A stretch of DNA of 64,000 nucleotides from contig CALXRY010000176.1 of NCBI GenBank assembly GCA_944390955.1, positions 22,131-86,130 of the forward strand, read 5' to 3'. The position numbers and the translations under genes were made by a program. The DNA is from an uncultured Clostridia bacterium (lineage in GTDB: Bacteria > Bacillota > Clostridia > UBA1381). Below, piece by piece: positions 20,013 to 27,576 of the stretch. Within the stretch, counting starts at the first letter, position 1, and the number at the start of each line of letters is the position of its first letter. A model generated the notes under the pieces. That model saw only the letters and a program-made list of their open reading frames with translations, had not been told where the DNA came from and searched no databases.

Positions 20013-20080
20013 AATCCATGAATTTGAGTATTTCATGGATTTTTATTATTAAATTCCATGAAATACGAGCTCTTATGGAT
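20013..20080. promoter_or_regulatory. Two palindromic operators upstream of the 497-aa gene
   Basis: First operator: AATCCATGAA (20013-20022), 9 nt, TTCATGGATT (20032-20041), a perfect 10-bp inverted repeat. Second operator: TCCATGAA (20055-20062) ... TTATGGAT (20073-20080), imperfect. Confidence 0.5.
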
Positions 20081-20238
20081 ATCTATAATTTTATTGAATG
20101 GTGTTTTCTGTAATCCTAAGCTGTGTGTAAAATTATCACATCTTAAAAATACAGATACACGTATACCTTCTAAGTAATATATACCGCAAAAGATAATGTG
20201 TTAAACAAAAACATATGAACCAATTTTATAAAAATGTA

Positions 20239-20260
20239 TTAGGGTCAAATTAGGGTCAAA
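20239..20260 (+). repeat. Perfect tandem direct repeat, 2 x TTAGGGTCAAA
   Basis: Read directly, at the right edge of the element about 70 nt from the tRNA-Lys 3' end. Confidence 0.9.
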
Positions 20261-20290
20261 CGGTATAGAAAATAAAAAATACAGACGTTA

Positions 20291-20327
20291 AAAAAACGGC
20301 TCAAACCGCATGGTTAAGCCGTTTTTT
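20291..20327 (-). terminator. Terminator of the tRNA operon
   Basis: AAAAACGGCT ... AGCCGTTTTT hairpin with flanking A/T runs, immediately 3' of tRNA-Lys. Confidence 0.65.
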
Positions 20328-20329
20328 AC

Positions 20330-20405
20330 TGGTGAGCCATCGGAGATTCGAACCCCGGACAACTTGATTAAAAGTCAAGTGCTCTGCCGACTGAGCTAAT
20401 GGCCC
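20330..20405 (-). tRNA. tRNA-Lys (anticodon UUU), CCA encoded
   Basis: Reverse complement GGGCCATTAGCTCAGTCGGCAGAGCACTTGACTTTTAATCAAGTTGTCCGGGGTTCGAATCTCCGATGGCTCACCA folds as a cloverleaf. The anticodon loop is CT-TTT-AA. Confidence 0.9.
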
Positions 20406-20481
20406 TGGCAGGGATAGCAGGACTCGAACCTACGAATGCCAGAATCAAAATCTGGTGCCTTACCGACTTGGCGATATCCCT
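20406..20481 (-). tRNA. tRNA-Gln (anticodon UUG), CCA encoded
   Basis: Reverse complement AGGGATATCGCCAAGTCGGTAAGGCACCAGATTTTGATTCTGGCATTCGTAGGTTCGAGTCCTGCTATCCCTGCCA. The anticodon loop contains TTG. Confidence 0.85.
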
Positions 20482-20513
20482 ACGAATCTTGCTACCGTAA
20501 ATTAAAAATAAAA

Positions 20514-20591
20514 TGGGGTGGGTAGTGGGATTCGAACCCACGACATTCAGGACCACAATCTGACGCTCTAACCAGCTGAACTATACCCACC
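20514..20591 (-). tRNA. tRNA-His (anticodon GUG) with encoded G-1, CCA encoded
   Basis: Reverse complement (G)GTGGGTATAGTTCAGCTGGTTAGAGCGTCAGATTGTGGTCCTGAATGTCGTGGGTTCGAATCCCACTACCCACCCCA. Confidence 0.85.
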
Positions 20592-20600
20592 ATATATTTT

Positions 20601-20658
20601 ATTATACCAAATTTGCCGGTATATAATAAATGTTTAAAGAACCCTGCGCTCTTTAAAC
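20601..20658 (-). promoter_or_regulatory. Intra-operon hairpin plus possible extended -10 promoter between tRNA-Arg and tRNA-His
   Basis: Hairpin GTTTAAAGA-9nt-TCTTTAAAC (20632-20658). On the minus strand TGGTATAAT (20601-20609) lies about 10 nt before tRNA-His. Confidence 0.35.
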
Positions 20659-20663
20659 ATCGT

Positions 20664-20740
20664 TGGCGTGCCTGGAGGGATTCGAACCCCCGGCCCATTG
20701 CTTAGAAGGCAATTGCTCTATCCAACTGAGCTACAGGCAC
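20664..20740 (-). tRNA. tRNA-Arg (anticodon UCU), CCA encoded
   Basis: Reverse complement GTGCCTGTAGCTCAGTTGGATAGAGCAATTGCCTTCTAAGCAATGGGCCGGGGGTTCGAATCCCTCCAGGCACGCCA. Confidence 0.85.
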
Positions 20741-20744
20741 ATAT

Positions 20745-20818
<74 letters not shown>

Positions 20819-20848
20819 ATCTTGTCCCTCATATCGGCTGACTAATAT

Positions 20849-20877
20849 ATTATAGCAACATTATTTCCGTTTGTCAA
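20849..20877 (-). promoter_or_regulatory. Consensus promoter of the tRNA operon
   Basis: On the minus strand: TTGACA, 17 nt, TATAAT, about 30 nt before tRNA-Gly. Confidence 0.7.
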
Positions 20878-20918
20878 GCATTTTTTTCTTAAAATCAAAA
20901 AAAAATTTCTTGAAAAGC

Positions 20919-20947
20919 TTGATTATTATCTTGAAATTTGATATTAT
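20919..20947 (+). promoter_or_regulatory. Candidate dnaA promoter
   Basis: TTGATT, 17 nt, TATTAT, with a TGA extended -10 element. Confidence 0.45.
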
Positions 20948-21036
20948 ATAAGGTAGTTTCTTTATTTTTTAATATGTATATAATACGGAATAAAAACCGA
21001 TGCTGTAGGCAAAACTTTTGTAAATGGAGGTATAAT

Positions 21037-22362
21037 ATGGAAAATAAGGATATTGCCGAGCTTTGGGAGCAGATATTTGATATAGTAAAAATGAAATCGG
21101 AAAACACCGTAGGGCTGAACGTACATATGAGGGATGCCGTTCCGGTTTCTATAGACAATACCGCCTTTACAATATCCGTGCCTATGTCTATAAACAAAAA
21201 TATGATCCAGTTCCGTTATAAGGACTGCATTGAATCGGCGATAGAGCAGGTCACGGCTCAGAAGCTTTCTCTTAATATAATTGTAAGCGGAGAAGAACCT
21301 TCTGAAACACATGAAGAAAAACCAATCGACGCGGCAAACAGGATAAATCCAAAATATACCTTTGAAAATTTCGTAATAGGCGCATCAAACGAATATGCGA
21401 CAGCAGCCGCTATTTCTACAACAGAAAAGCCCGGATATATATATAATCCGCTGTTTCTTTATGGAAATTCCGGACTTGGAAAAACACATCTTATGTATGC
21501 CATAGGAAACAGAATACATGAAAACAATCCAAAGGCAAATATAATATATGTTACGAGCGAAGTATTCACAAACGAATTTATAACTGCTGTCCGTGAGGGA
21601 AAGGGTGAGGAATTCAGAAAAAAATACCGTTCGGCAGATGTTTTTCTTGTTGACGACGTTCAGTTCCTTGAGAACAAGGAAGCTACTCAGGAGGAATTTT
21701 TCCATACCTTTAATGAGCTCTATAGTTTAAACAAACAAATAGTGCTTACATCTGACAGAAAACCGAGAGACCTTATAACTCTTGAGGACCGTTTAAGAAC
21801 GCGATTTTCTCAGGGACTGACGATAGACATCACCGTCCCAAACTACGAAACAAGAGTAGCCATACTTCAGAAAAAAGCAAGCCAACATAACGTAAATATC
21901 GATATAGACGTGCTGGGCTATATTGCCGAGAGAATAAAATCAAACGTCCGTGAACTTGAGGGAATACTCATAAAAATGATATCTATCTCGGAAATATCCG
22001 GCAAACCGATAGACCACAGTCTTGCTGACTACGTGCTTAAATCATACCTCCCAAAAACTGGGATAATTAAAATAACCTCGGACAAGATCATGGAAAAGGT
22101 GAGCCTCTTCTATAATATAACCGTAGCAGACCTGACCGGCAAGGTAAGGACTTCGAACGTAGCGGTGCCGAGGCAGGTCGCAATGTACCTCTGCCACAAG
22201 CTTACCGATATGAATTTTACGGTCATAGGCAAGGCCTTCGGCAATAAGGACAGAACTACGGTAATGCACAACGTAAGAAAAATAGAAAGCGACCTTGAAA
22301 CGAATGAGTCGCTTAAATCAGATATCGATTATATAATGAAGGACTTGCAATCTCAGCTTTAA
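21037..22362 (+). CDS. dnaA: Chromosomal replication initiator DnaA
   Basis: Track ORF 20938..22362 trimmed to ATG 21037 (MENKDIAELWEQ) behind GGAGG. Walker A GNSGLGKTHL, Walker B FLVDDVQF, and the C-terminal DNA-binding segment VAVPRQVAMYLCHKLT...IGKAFGNKDRTTVMH. Confidence 0.95.
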   Translation: MENKDIAELWEQIFDIVKMKSENTVGLNVHMRDAVPVSIDNTAFTISVPMSINKNMIQFRYKDCIESAIEQVTAQKLSLNIIVSGEEPSETHEEKPIDAANRINPKYTFENFVIGASNEYATAAAISTTEKPGYIYNPLFLYGNSGLGKTHLMYAIGNRIHENNPKANIIYVTSEVFTNEFITAVREGKGEEFRKKYRSADVFLVDDVQFLENKEATQEEFFHTFNELYSLNKQIVLTSDRKPRDLITLEDRLRTRFSQGLTIDITVPNYETRVAILQKKASQHNVNIDIDVLGYIAERIKSNVRELEGILIKMISISEISGKPIDHSLADYVLKSYLPKTGIIKITSDKIMEKVSLFYNITVADLTGKVRTSNVAVPRQVAMYLCHKLTDMNFTVIGKAFGNKDRTTVMHNVRKIESDLETNESLKSDIDYIMKDLQSQL

Positions 22363-22691
22363 GCGTGGACAAGCGCGTGGACAAATAATGTATAACGTGT
22401 GGAATGATTTGGACAGTTTTTCCACAGAAAAATTTATTCACAATTATAAACATTGATCCACAGCTTGCCACCACTAATCCGTTGACAAAAAATCAAGGAA
22501 AAATAAGCCTTGGGCTGACTTTTCCATCAAATCCACATTACTAATACTACTGCTTCTAAATATATTATATTTATATACATATGTATATAAGCGGAGCTGC
22601 GAATTTTAGCTGTGGATAAACAACATAAGTCCAATGATGAATAAATATTAGCGAACTAAAATCAAACCATATAAAAAGGAGCAGACAGGTC
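22363..22691. other. oriC-like dnaA-dnaN spacer: DnaA boxes, DnaA-trio-like run, AT-rich unwinding stretch
   Basis: Perfect box TGTGGATAA at 22611-22619. One-mismatch boxes at 22418-22426, 22434-22442 and 22454-22462. Two-mismatch boxes at 22364-22372, 22376-22384 and 22529-22537. The run TTA CTA ATA CTA CTG CTT CTA (22538-22558) directly follows the 22529-22537 box. An almost pure A/T stretch covers 22559-22589. Confidence 0.75.
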
Positions 22692-23825
22692 ATGAAATTA
22701 TCATGCAGCAAGGGAGAACTTCTCGATATAGTAAACACAGTACAAAAGGCAGTCATGCCAAAGAGCACAATGCCAATACTTGAGTGCATAAAAATAGATG
22801 CTTCAGGAGATGGACACGTTGTTATAACGGGAAATAACCTCGACCTTTGTATAGAATACAATGCTGAAATGAACGTTCCGGAAGGAGGAGAAGTCGCGCT
22901 TACCTCAAAGATGTTCGGTGAGATAGTACGCCGTCTTCCAGACGGAACAGTAACACTTACTGTAAATCCGGAGAACAATGTTACAAAAATACAGTGCGGT
23001 CTTAGTGAATTCAATATCCAGGGGCTAAACGGAACGGAATATCCTGCAGCTCCCGTACTCGATGAAAAGTACAGCTTTCACATAGAGCAGCCGGTATTAA
23101 AAAAGCTCATAAGAAAAACGATAGCCTTTGTGGCTGCTGCCGAAGGAAAACGCCCGGTGCTCACGGGAGCACTGTTTGAAATAAAGAACGGACGTCTTAA
23201 TGTCGTAGCCTCCGACGGACACAGGCTCGCTATCGTAAGGCAGGAGCTTGAGGAGGAGCTTGAAAACAGCAAATTCATAATCCCCGGAACGACATTAAGG
23301 GAGCTTCTTAAGCTGCTCAAGGATGAAGGAGACGTTAAAGTCATAGTTTCGGACAGACATGTAATGCTTGATTTTGCAAGCTTTCAGGTATACACACGGC
23401 TGCTTGAGGGAGATTTCCTAAAGTACGAGTCGATAATAAGCGTCGTTAATAATATAGAAGTTGTTTGTGAAAAGCGGTATATAATGGATTCGCTCGAAAG
23501 GGCGATGTTGCTGATAAACGACGATATGTCAGCACATTCGGAAAATAAGTCGCCGGTAAGGTTCAGTATAGCCTATAATAAAATAGACGTATCATGCGTG
23601 ACCGGAAAGGGACAGGTAAACGATACGGTGGATGTAGAGCAAAAGGGAGGAGACCTCATAATAGGGTTCAACTGCCGGTTCCTGCTCGATGCGCTCTCGG
23701 CATGTGACGAGCAGAGGATAAAGATAGAATTCAGCGCACCGACAAGCGGATGCTTTATCAGACCGATAGACGAAAACGATGATTCATATGTATATATGGT
23801 TCTGCCTGTAAGACTATACAACTAA
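22692..23825 (+). CDS. dnaN: DNA polymerase III beta sliding clamp
   Basis: 377 aa beginning MKLSCSKGELLDIVNTVQKAV. Length and position after dnaA fit, and the three-domain pattern is present. Confidence 0.9.
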   Translation: MKLSCSKGELLDIVNTVQKAVMPKSTMPILECIKIDASGDGHVVITGNNLDLCIEYNAEMNVPEGGEVALTSKMFGEIVRRLPDGTVTLTVNPENNVTKIQCGLSEFNIQGLNGTEYPAAPVLDEKYSFHIEQPVLKKLIRKTIAFVAAAEGKRPVLTGALFEIKNGRLNVVASDGHRLAIVRQELEEELENSKFIIPGTTLRELLKLLKDEGDVKVIVSDRHVMLDFASFQVYTRLLEGDFLKYESIISVVNNIEVVCEKRYIMDSLERAMLLINDDMSAHSENKSPVRFSIAYNKIDVSCVTGKGQVNDTVDVEQKGGDLIIGFNCRFLLDALSACDEQRIKIEFSAPTSGCFIRPIDENDDSYVYMVLPVRLYN

Positions 23826-23967
23826 CGCAAAAATAAGCGGCGCATCTCATCACTCTCAGGGACTTGAAGTACACAAAGTACGTCGGCGTCCCTTCGTGTA
23901 ATAATCTGCTTGCTTCTTTTTACGTTATAATGCAATATTGCCATGAGTAGATTTATTGGAGGAAATC

Positions 23968-24588
23968 ATGAAAATAAAGCGTCTTAACAACTACTATACC
24001 GATGAAAATACTTACCTCGTTTATGAAAACGGAGTCGCATTTGTTATAGACCCGGGCTATAAGACCGACGGTATAATAAAGGCCGCCGCGGATGAGAATG
24101 TTGAAATAAAATATATATTGATAACACACTGCCATTATGATCATATTGAATTTATGGAGGAGCTAAGGGAAAAGACGGGCGCAAAGCTCGTGAGCGGAAC
24201 AAAGGGAGCTGTAAATATAACCGATCCTGCGATAAACATGACGCTTGCCGGGCTCGGAAAAGCGATATATGCAAAGCCATCTGATATTATTCTCAAGGAC
24301 GGAGAGAGCATCGATATAGGCGGCATGGATGTAAGGTGTATTTATACGCCCGGTCATACTGACTGCGGAGTATGCTATATGGTAGAGGATCACGTTTTTG
24401 TAGGCGATACGCTGTTTTTAAGAAACTGCGGACGCTGGGACCTTCCGACGGGCGATGAAGAGACGCTCTATAAGTCGGTGAGGGAGAAGCTCTACACTCT
24501 GCCGGACGAGACTAAGGTACATCCGGGACATGGAGAAGCTACATCCATAGGCTATGAGAAAAAATTCAATATGTTCATAAAGGCGTAA
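23968..24588 (+). CDS. MBL-fold metallo-hydrolase
   Basis: Contains the THCHYDH motif. Start taken at ATG 23968 behind GGAGG. Confidence 0.8.
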   Translation: MKIKRLNNYYTDENTYLVYENGVAFVIDPGYKTDGIIKAAADENVEIKYILITHCHYDHIEFMEELREKTGAKLVSGTKGAVNITDPAINMTLAGLGKAIYAKPSDIILKDGESIDIGGMDVRCIYTPGHTDCGVCYMVEDHVFVGDTLFLRNCGRWDLPTGDEETLYKSVREKLYTLPDETKVHPGHGEATSIGYEKKFNMFIKA

Positions 24589-24599
24589 AGGAGACCGGA

Positions 24600-26030
24600 A
24601 TGATAATTATCCAGAACGGCTGGGAATGCGATTATGAGCTGAAGCTTTTTGCCGGACTTTTTTTCAACAGCAGCGAGGACGCGTCCGTCTATTCTGATAT
24701 GAAATACGATGGGCGCGTTATAAATGTCTATACGCAGATAAATTTTAACGGCAGAGCGTTTTTTGACGACCTGTATTTTGAATACAAAGGCAGCGATCGG
24801 CGCGTGTTTACGTGCGCGGTCACAAAATCATTCTGCCGCGCTGCGCAGAAGATACGAAGCGTAAGCCTGCCGTGGGGAGTTATGTGCGGGATACGCCCTG
24901 CAAAAAACGTCCGCGAGCTCAAGGAAACAGGTATCTCGGACGATGAGATAAGGGACGTTTTAAAACGTGTTTATGAGGTCTCGGAAGAAAAGACAGACCT
25001 TGCGATGCGCGTTGCAAAGAATGAGGAGCAGCTGCTTTCTCAGATAGGAAAAAACAGCGTCAGCATTTATATCGGCATACCGTTCTGCCCGACGCGCTGT
25101 CTGTACTGCTCGTTTGTGTCGACCGATATACGCGTCAGCGGAAAATATATGGACGGCTTTGTGAAAAAGCTGCTGCTTGAGATAGACAAAACGGCTGAAA
25201 TAATCGAAAAGATGGGCGCGTATGCCGAGAACATATACATAGGCGGAGGAACTCCTACTACTCTTGACGAAACACAGCTGAAAATGATATTTGACAGACT
25301 GCACAGCCGTTTTGATTTTGACAGGATAAAGGAGTTTACGCTTGAGGCCGGACGCCCCGATACTATAACACGTGAAAAGCTGCTTGCTGCAAGGGAAGGC
25401 GGCGTGAACAGGATAAGCATAAATCCTCAGACGATGAACGATGAGACTTTAAAAAAGGTCGGCAGGAGCCACAGCGCCGCGATGGCTGAGGAGAAATTCC
25501 GTCTTGCGCGGGAGCTTGGCTTTGATAATATAAATATGGACCTTATAGCAGGACTCCCGGGAGAGGACGCAGGAATGTTCAGAAATAGCATCGACAGAGT
25601 CATAGCTCTTGATCCGGAAAACATAACTGTCCATTCGATGTGCGTAAAGCGCGCAGCGAATCTCAGATTTACCGAGAACAGTCTCACCGAGGCGAGGATA
25701 ATGAACGATATGCTCTCGTATGCACAGAAACGTATGAATGAAACGGGACGCGAGCCGTATTACATGTATCGTCAGAAAAACATATCGGGAAATCTTGAGA
25801 ATGTAGGCTATGCAAAGCCCGGAACGATGAGCACATACAACGTGAACATCATGGAGGAAAAGCAGACTATAATCGCTCTCGGCGGGGGCGGCTCGACAAA
25901 AATAGTCATGGACGGCAGGATAGAGAGGATATTCAATTTCAAGGACCCGCTCGAGTATATAAGGCGGTTTGATGAGATATTAAAGAAAAAGGACGAGATA
26001 TTGGAGGTGATCGGAATTGGAGGATATTAG
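24600..26030 (+). CDS. hemZ: Radical SAM coproporphyrinogen-dehydrogenase-like protein (HemN/HemZ family)
   Basis: IPFCPTRCLYCSF is the CxxxCxxC motif, followed by GGGTPT. A length of 476 aa is typical of HemZ-type proteins. Confidence 0.6.
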   Translation: MIIIQNGWECDYELKLFAGLFFNSSEDASVYSDMKYDGRVINVYTQINFNGRAFFDDLYFEYKGSDRRVFTCAVTKSFCRAAQKIRSVSLPWGVMCGIRPAKNVRELKETGISDDEIRDVLKRVYEVSEEKTDLAMRVAKNEEQLLSQIGKNSVSIYIGIPFCPTRCLYCSFVSTDIRVSGKYMDGFVKKLLLEIDKTAEIIEKMGAYAENIYIGGGTPTTLDETQLKMIFDRLHSRFDFDRIKEFTLEAGRPDTITREKLLAAREGGVNRISINPQTMNDETLKKVGRSHSAAMAEEKFRLARELGFDNINMDLIAGLPGEDAGMFRNSIDRVIALDPENITVHSMCVKRAANLRFTENSLTEARIMNDMLSYAQKRMNETGREPYYMYRQKNISGNLENVGYAKPGTMSTYNVNIMEEKQTIIALGGGGSTKIVMDGRIERIFNFKDPLEYIRRFDEILKKKDEILEVIGIGGY

Positions 26031-26991
26031 CAGCAAGGTTTTTGCGCAGTATGAGGAAAAGCGCGAGAATGCCGCACGCCGCCGCAGAGCAAGGATAGAC
26101 AGCGTATACGACGAGATCCCGAGGATAAAGGAAATAGACGCGGAAATGAACATGCGCGGCATGAAGAACGTTCAAAATATACTGCGCGAGCCGAGCAGGA
26201 GCGATGAATTCAACGCCGATCTGAACGAAAATCTTGACAGGCTCGAGAAAGAGAAGAACGAGCTGCTTGACGCTCATGGGATACCGAGGGATTTCAGCAA
26301 ATACGAGTACGAATGCAGCGAGTGCTCAGACACAGGGTATACTCCAGATGGCAAGCAGTGCAGGTGCCTGAAGCAGAGCTTTATTGACGAGGCGTATAAT
26401 TCGTCGAATATCAAGGAGTTGCTTAAAAAGTGTACGTTCAAGAGCTTTAGGATGGATTATTATTCTGCGGAGAAAGGGAAGTATCCCGATTCACCGTTCA
26501 ACAATATAAAGAGGATATACAAAAGAACGGTGGACTTCTGCGATGAATTTGACACTGAGGGAAAGAGCCTTTTCTTTTACGGCACAACGGGGCTCGGAAA
26601 GACGTTCTTGTCCTGCGCCGCGATGGGCAGACTTATCGAGCTTGGAAAGCTTGTCATTTATGTGCGTGCGTCAAAGCTGTTTTCGATATTCGAGGATAAT
26701 AAATTTGGACGGCTTCAGGACAGAAAGCTGCTGGATGACCTGTATAACTGCGATCTTCTGATAGTAGACGATCTCGGCTCAGAGGCGCAGGGAAAATTCA
26801 ACAGCGCGTTTTTGTTTGATATCCTTGACGACAGGCTTGCACGCGGGAAGAAGCTCATAATAAACACAAATCTCGATCTAAAGGAAACCGGAAAGGTCTA
26901 TTCGATGCGCTTTACGTCAAGAGTGATGGAAAACTTTATCGTCTGCCGCTTCTACGGCGAGGATATACGGTATAAGTCGATGATGATGTAA
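26017..26991 (+). CDS. DnaC/DnaI-like AAA+ helicase-loader family protein
   Basis: TTG start behind GGAGGTGA. Cys-rich YECSECSDTGYTPDGKQCRC, Walker A GTTGLGKTFL, Walker B LLIVDDLG. Confidence 0.65.
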   Translation: MEDISSKVFAQYEEKRENAARRRRARIDSVYDEIPRIKEIDAEMNMRGMKNVQNILREPSRSDEFNADLNENLDRLEKEKNELLDAHGIPRDFSKYEYECSECSDTGYTPDGKQCRCLKQSFIDEAYNSSNIKELLKKCTFKSFRMDYYSAEKGKYPDSPFNNIKRIYKRTVDFCDEFDTEGKSLFFYGTTGLGKTFLSCAAMGRLIELGKLVIYVRASKLFSIFEDNKFGRLQDRKLLDDLYNCDLLIVDDLGSEAQGKFNSAFLFDILDDRLARGKKLIINTNLDLKETGKVYSMRFTSRVMENFIVCRFYGEDIRYKSMMM

Positions 26992-27005
26992 GGAAAAAGA
27001 GTAAT

Positions 27006-27281
27006 ATGAATGAAATAGAGATCATAAAAAATTTGTGTTTATTAAGAAAGCTGCAATTCACGGATCACGCATTAAAAAGTGCTGTAGAGCGAAACATAAA
27101 TATAGAGAATGATATAATCCCCGCGCTATCAAGCGGTGAGATAATTGAGGAATACAGTGATGATTATCCGTATAAAAGCTATCTGATATTAGGAAAAAAT
27201 AATGAAGATAAGTGTCTTCATATCGTATGTGCGATAGGCGAAGATATATTATGGATAATAACAGAATATTATCCTATATGA
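27006..27281 (+). CDS. DUF4258-like putative toxin
   Basis: 91 aa. The FTDHALKSAVERNI ... HIVCA ... WIITEYYP pattern resembles DUF4258. Paired with a zinc-finger antitoxin-like gene. Confidence 0.5.
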   Translation: MNEIEIIKNLCLLRKLQFTDHALKSAVERNINIENDIIPALSSGEIIEEYSDDYPYKSYLILGKNNEDKCLHIVCAIGEDILWIITEYYPI

Positions 27282-27326
27282 AACTGAATGGGAAGATGAT
27301 TTTAAAACGAGAAAGAAGGTATGACC

Positions 27327-27554
27327 ATGAAATGCTTATCATGTAAAGGAAGCATAGAAAATAAGCTTACAAATTATATTGCTGATTTTGGAGACTGCAT
27401 TATAGTGGTGCGCAACGTTCCTTCACAAGTATGCTCCCAATGCGGTGAAAAATCATATTCTTATCATGTGTCTGTGAGACTTCAGGAGATAATTTCACAG
27501 GTACGAAGCCTTGTATCCGGTATCGCTGAGGTGAATTATTCGGAAGCAGCATAA
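27327..27554 (+). CDS. YgiT/MqsA-type zinc-finger protein (putative antitoxin, no HTH domain)
   Basis: MKCLSCKG ... VPSQVCSQCGEKSY is a CxxC ... CxxC zinc ribbon. ATG 27327 has better RBS spacing than 27321. Confidence 0.55.
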   Translation: MKCLSCKGSIENKLTNYIADFGDCIIVVRNVPSQVCSQCGEKSYSYHVSVRLQEIISQVRSLVSGIAEVNYSEAA

Positions 27555-27576
27555 AAAAAAGGCGTGAGCCCTTTTT

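Larger units (their letters stand above)
13267..20290 (-). mobile_element. Integrative element of about 7 kb (integrase, excisionase, putative replication ATPase, orphan cargo). Borders are approximate.
   Basis: Tyrosine recombinase + HTH excisionase + coupled upstream genes. Visibly AT-rich relative to the flanks. Bounded by the terminators of core transcription units on both sides. Lies downstream of the tRNA-Lys 3' end. Confidence 0.6.

Noticed and set aside
20850-21036. Expected DnaA boxes upstream of dnaA (an oriC1-type region)
   Set aside because: I found no 9-mer within two mismatches of TTATCCACA there. Only promoters for dnaA and the tRNA operon are present.
25365-25380. Third parS-like sequence ATAACACGTGAAAAGC inside hemZ
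   Set aside because: Only the CACGTGAAA core matches. The left arm and the last bases do not, so it is not a palindrome.
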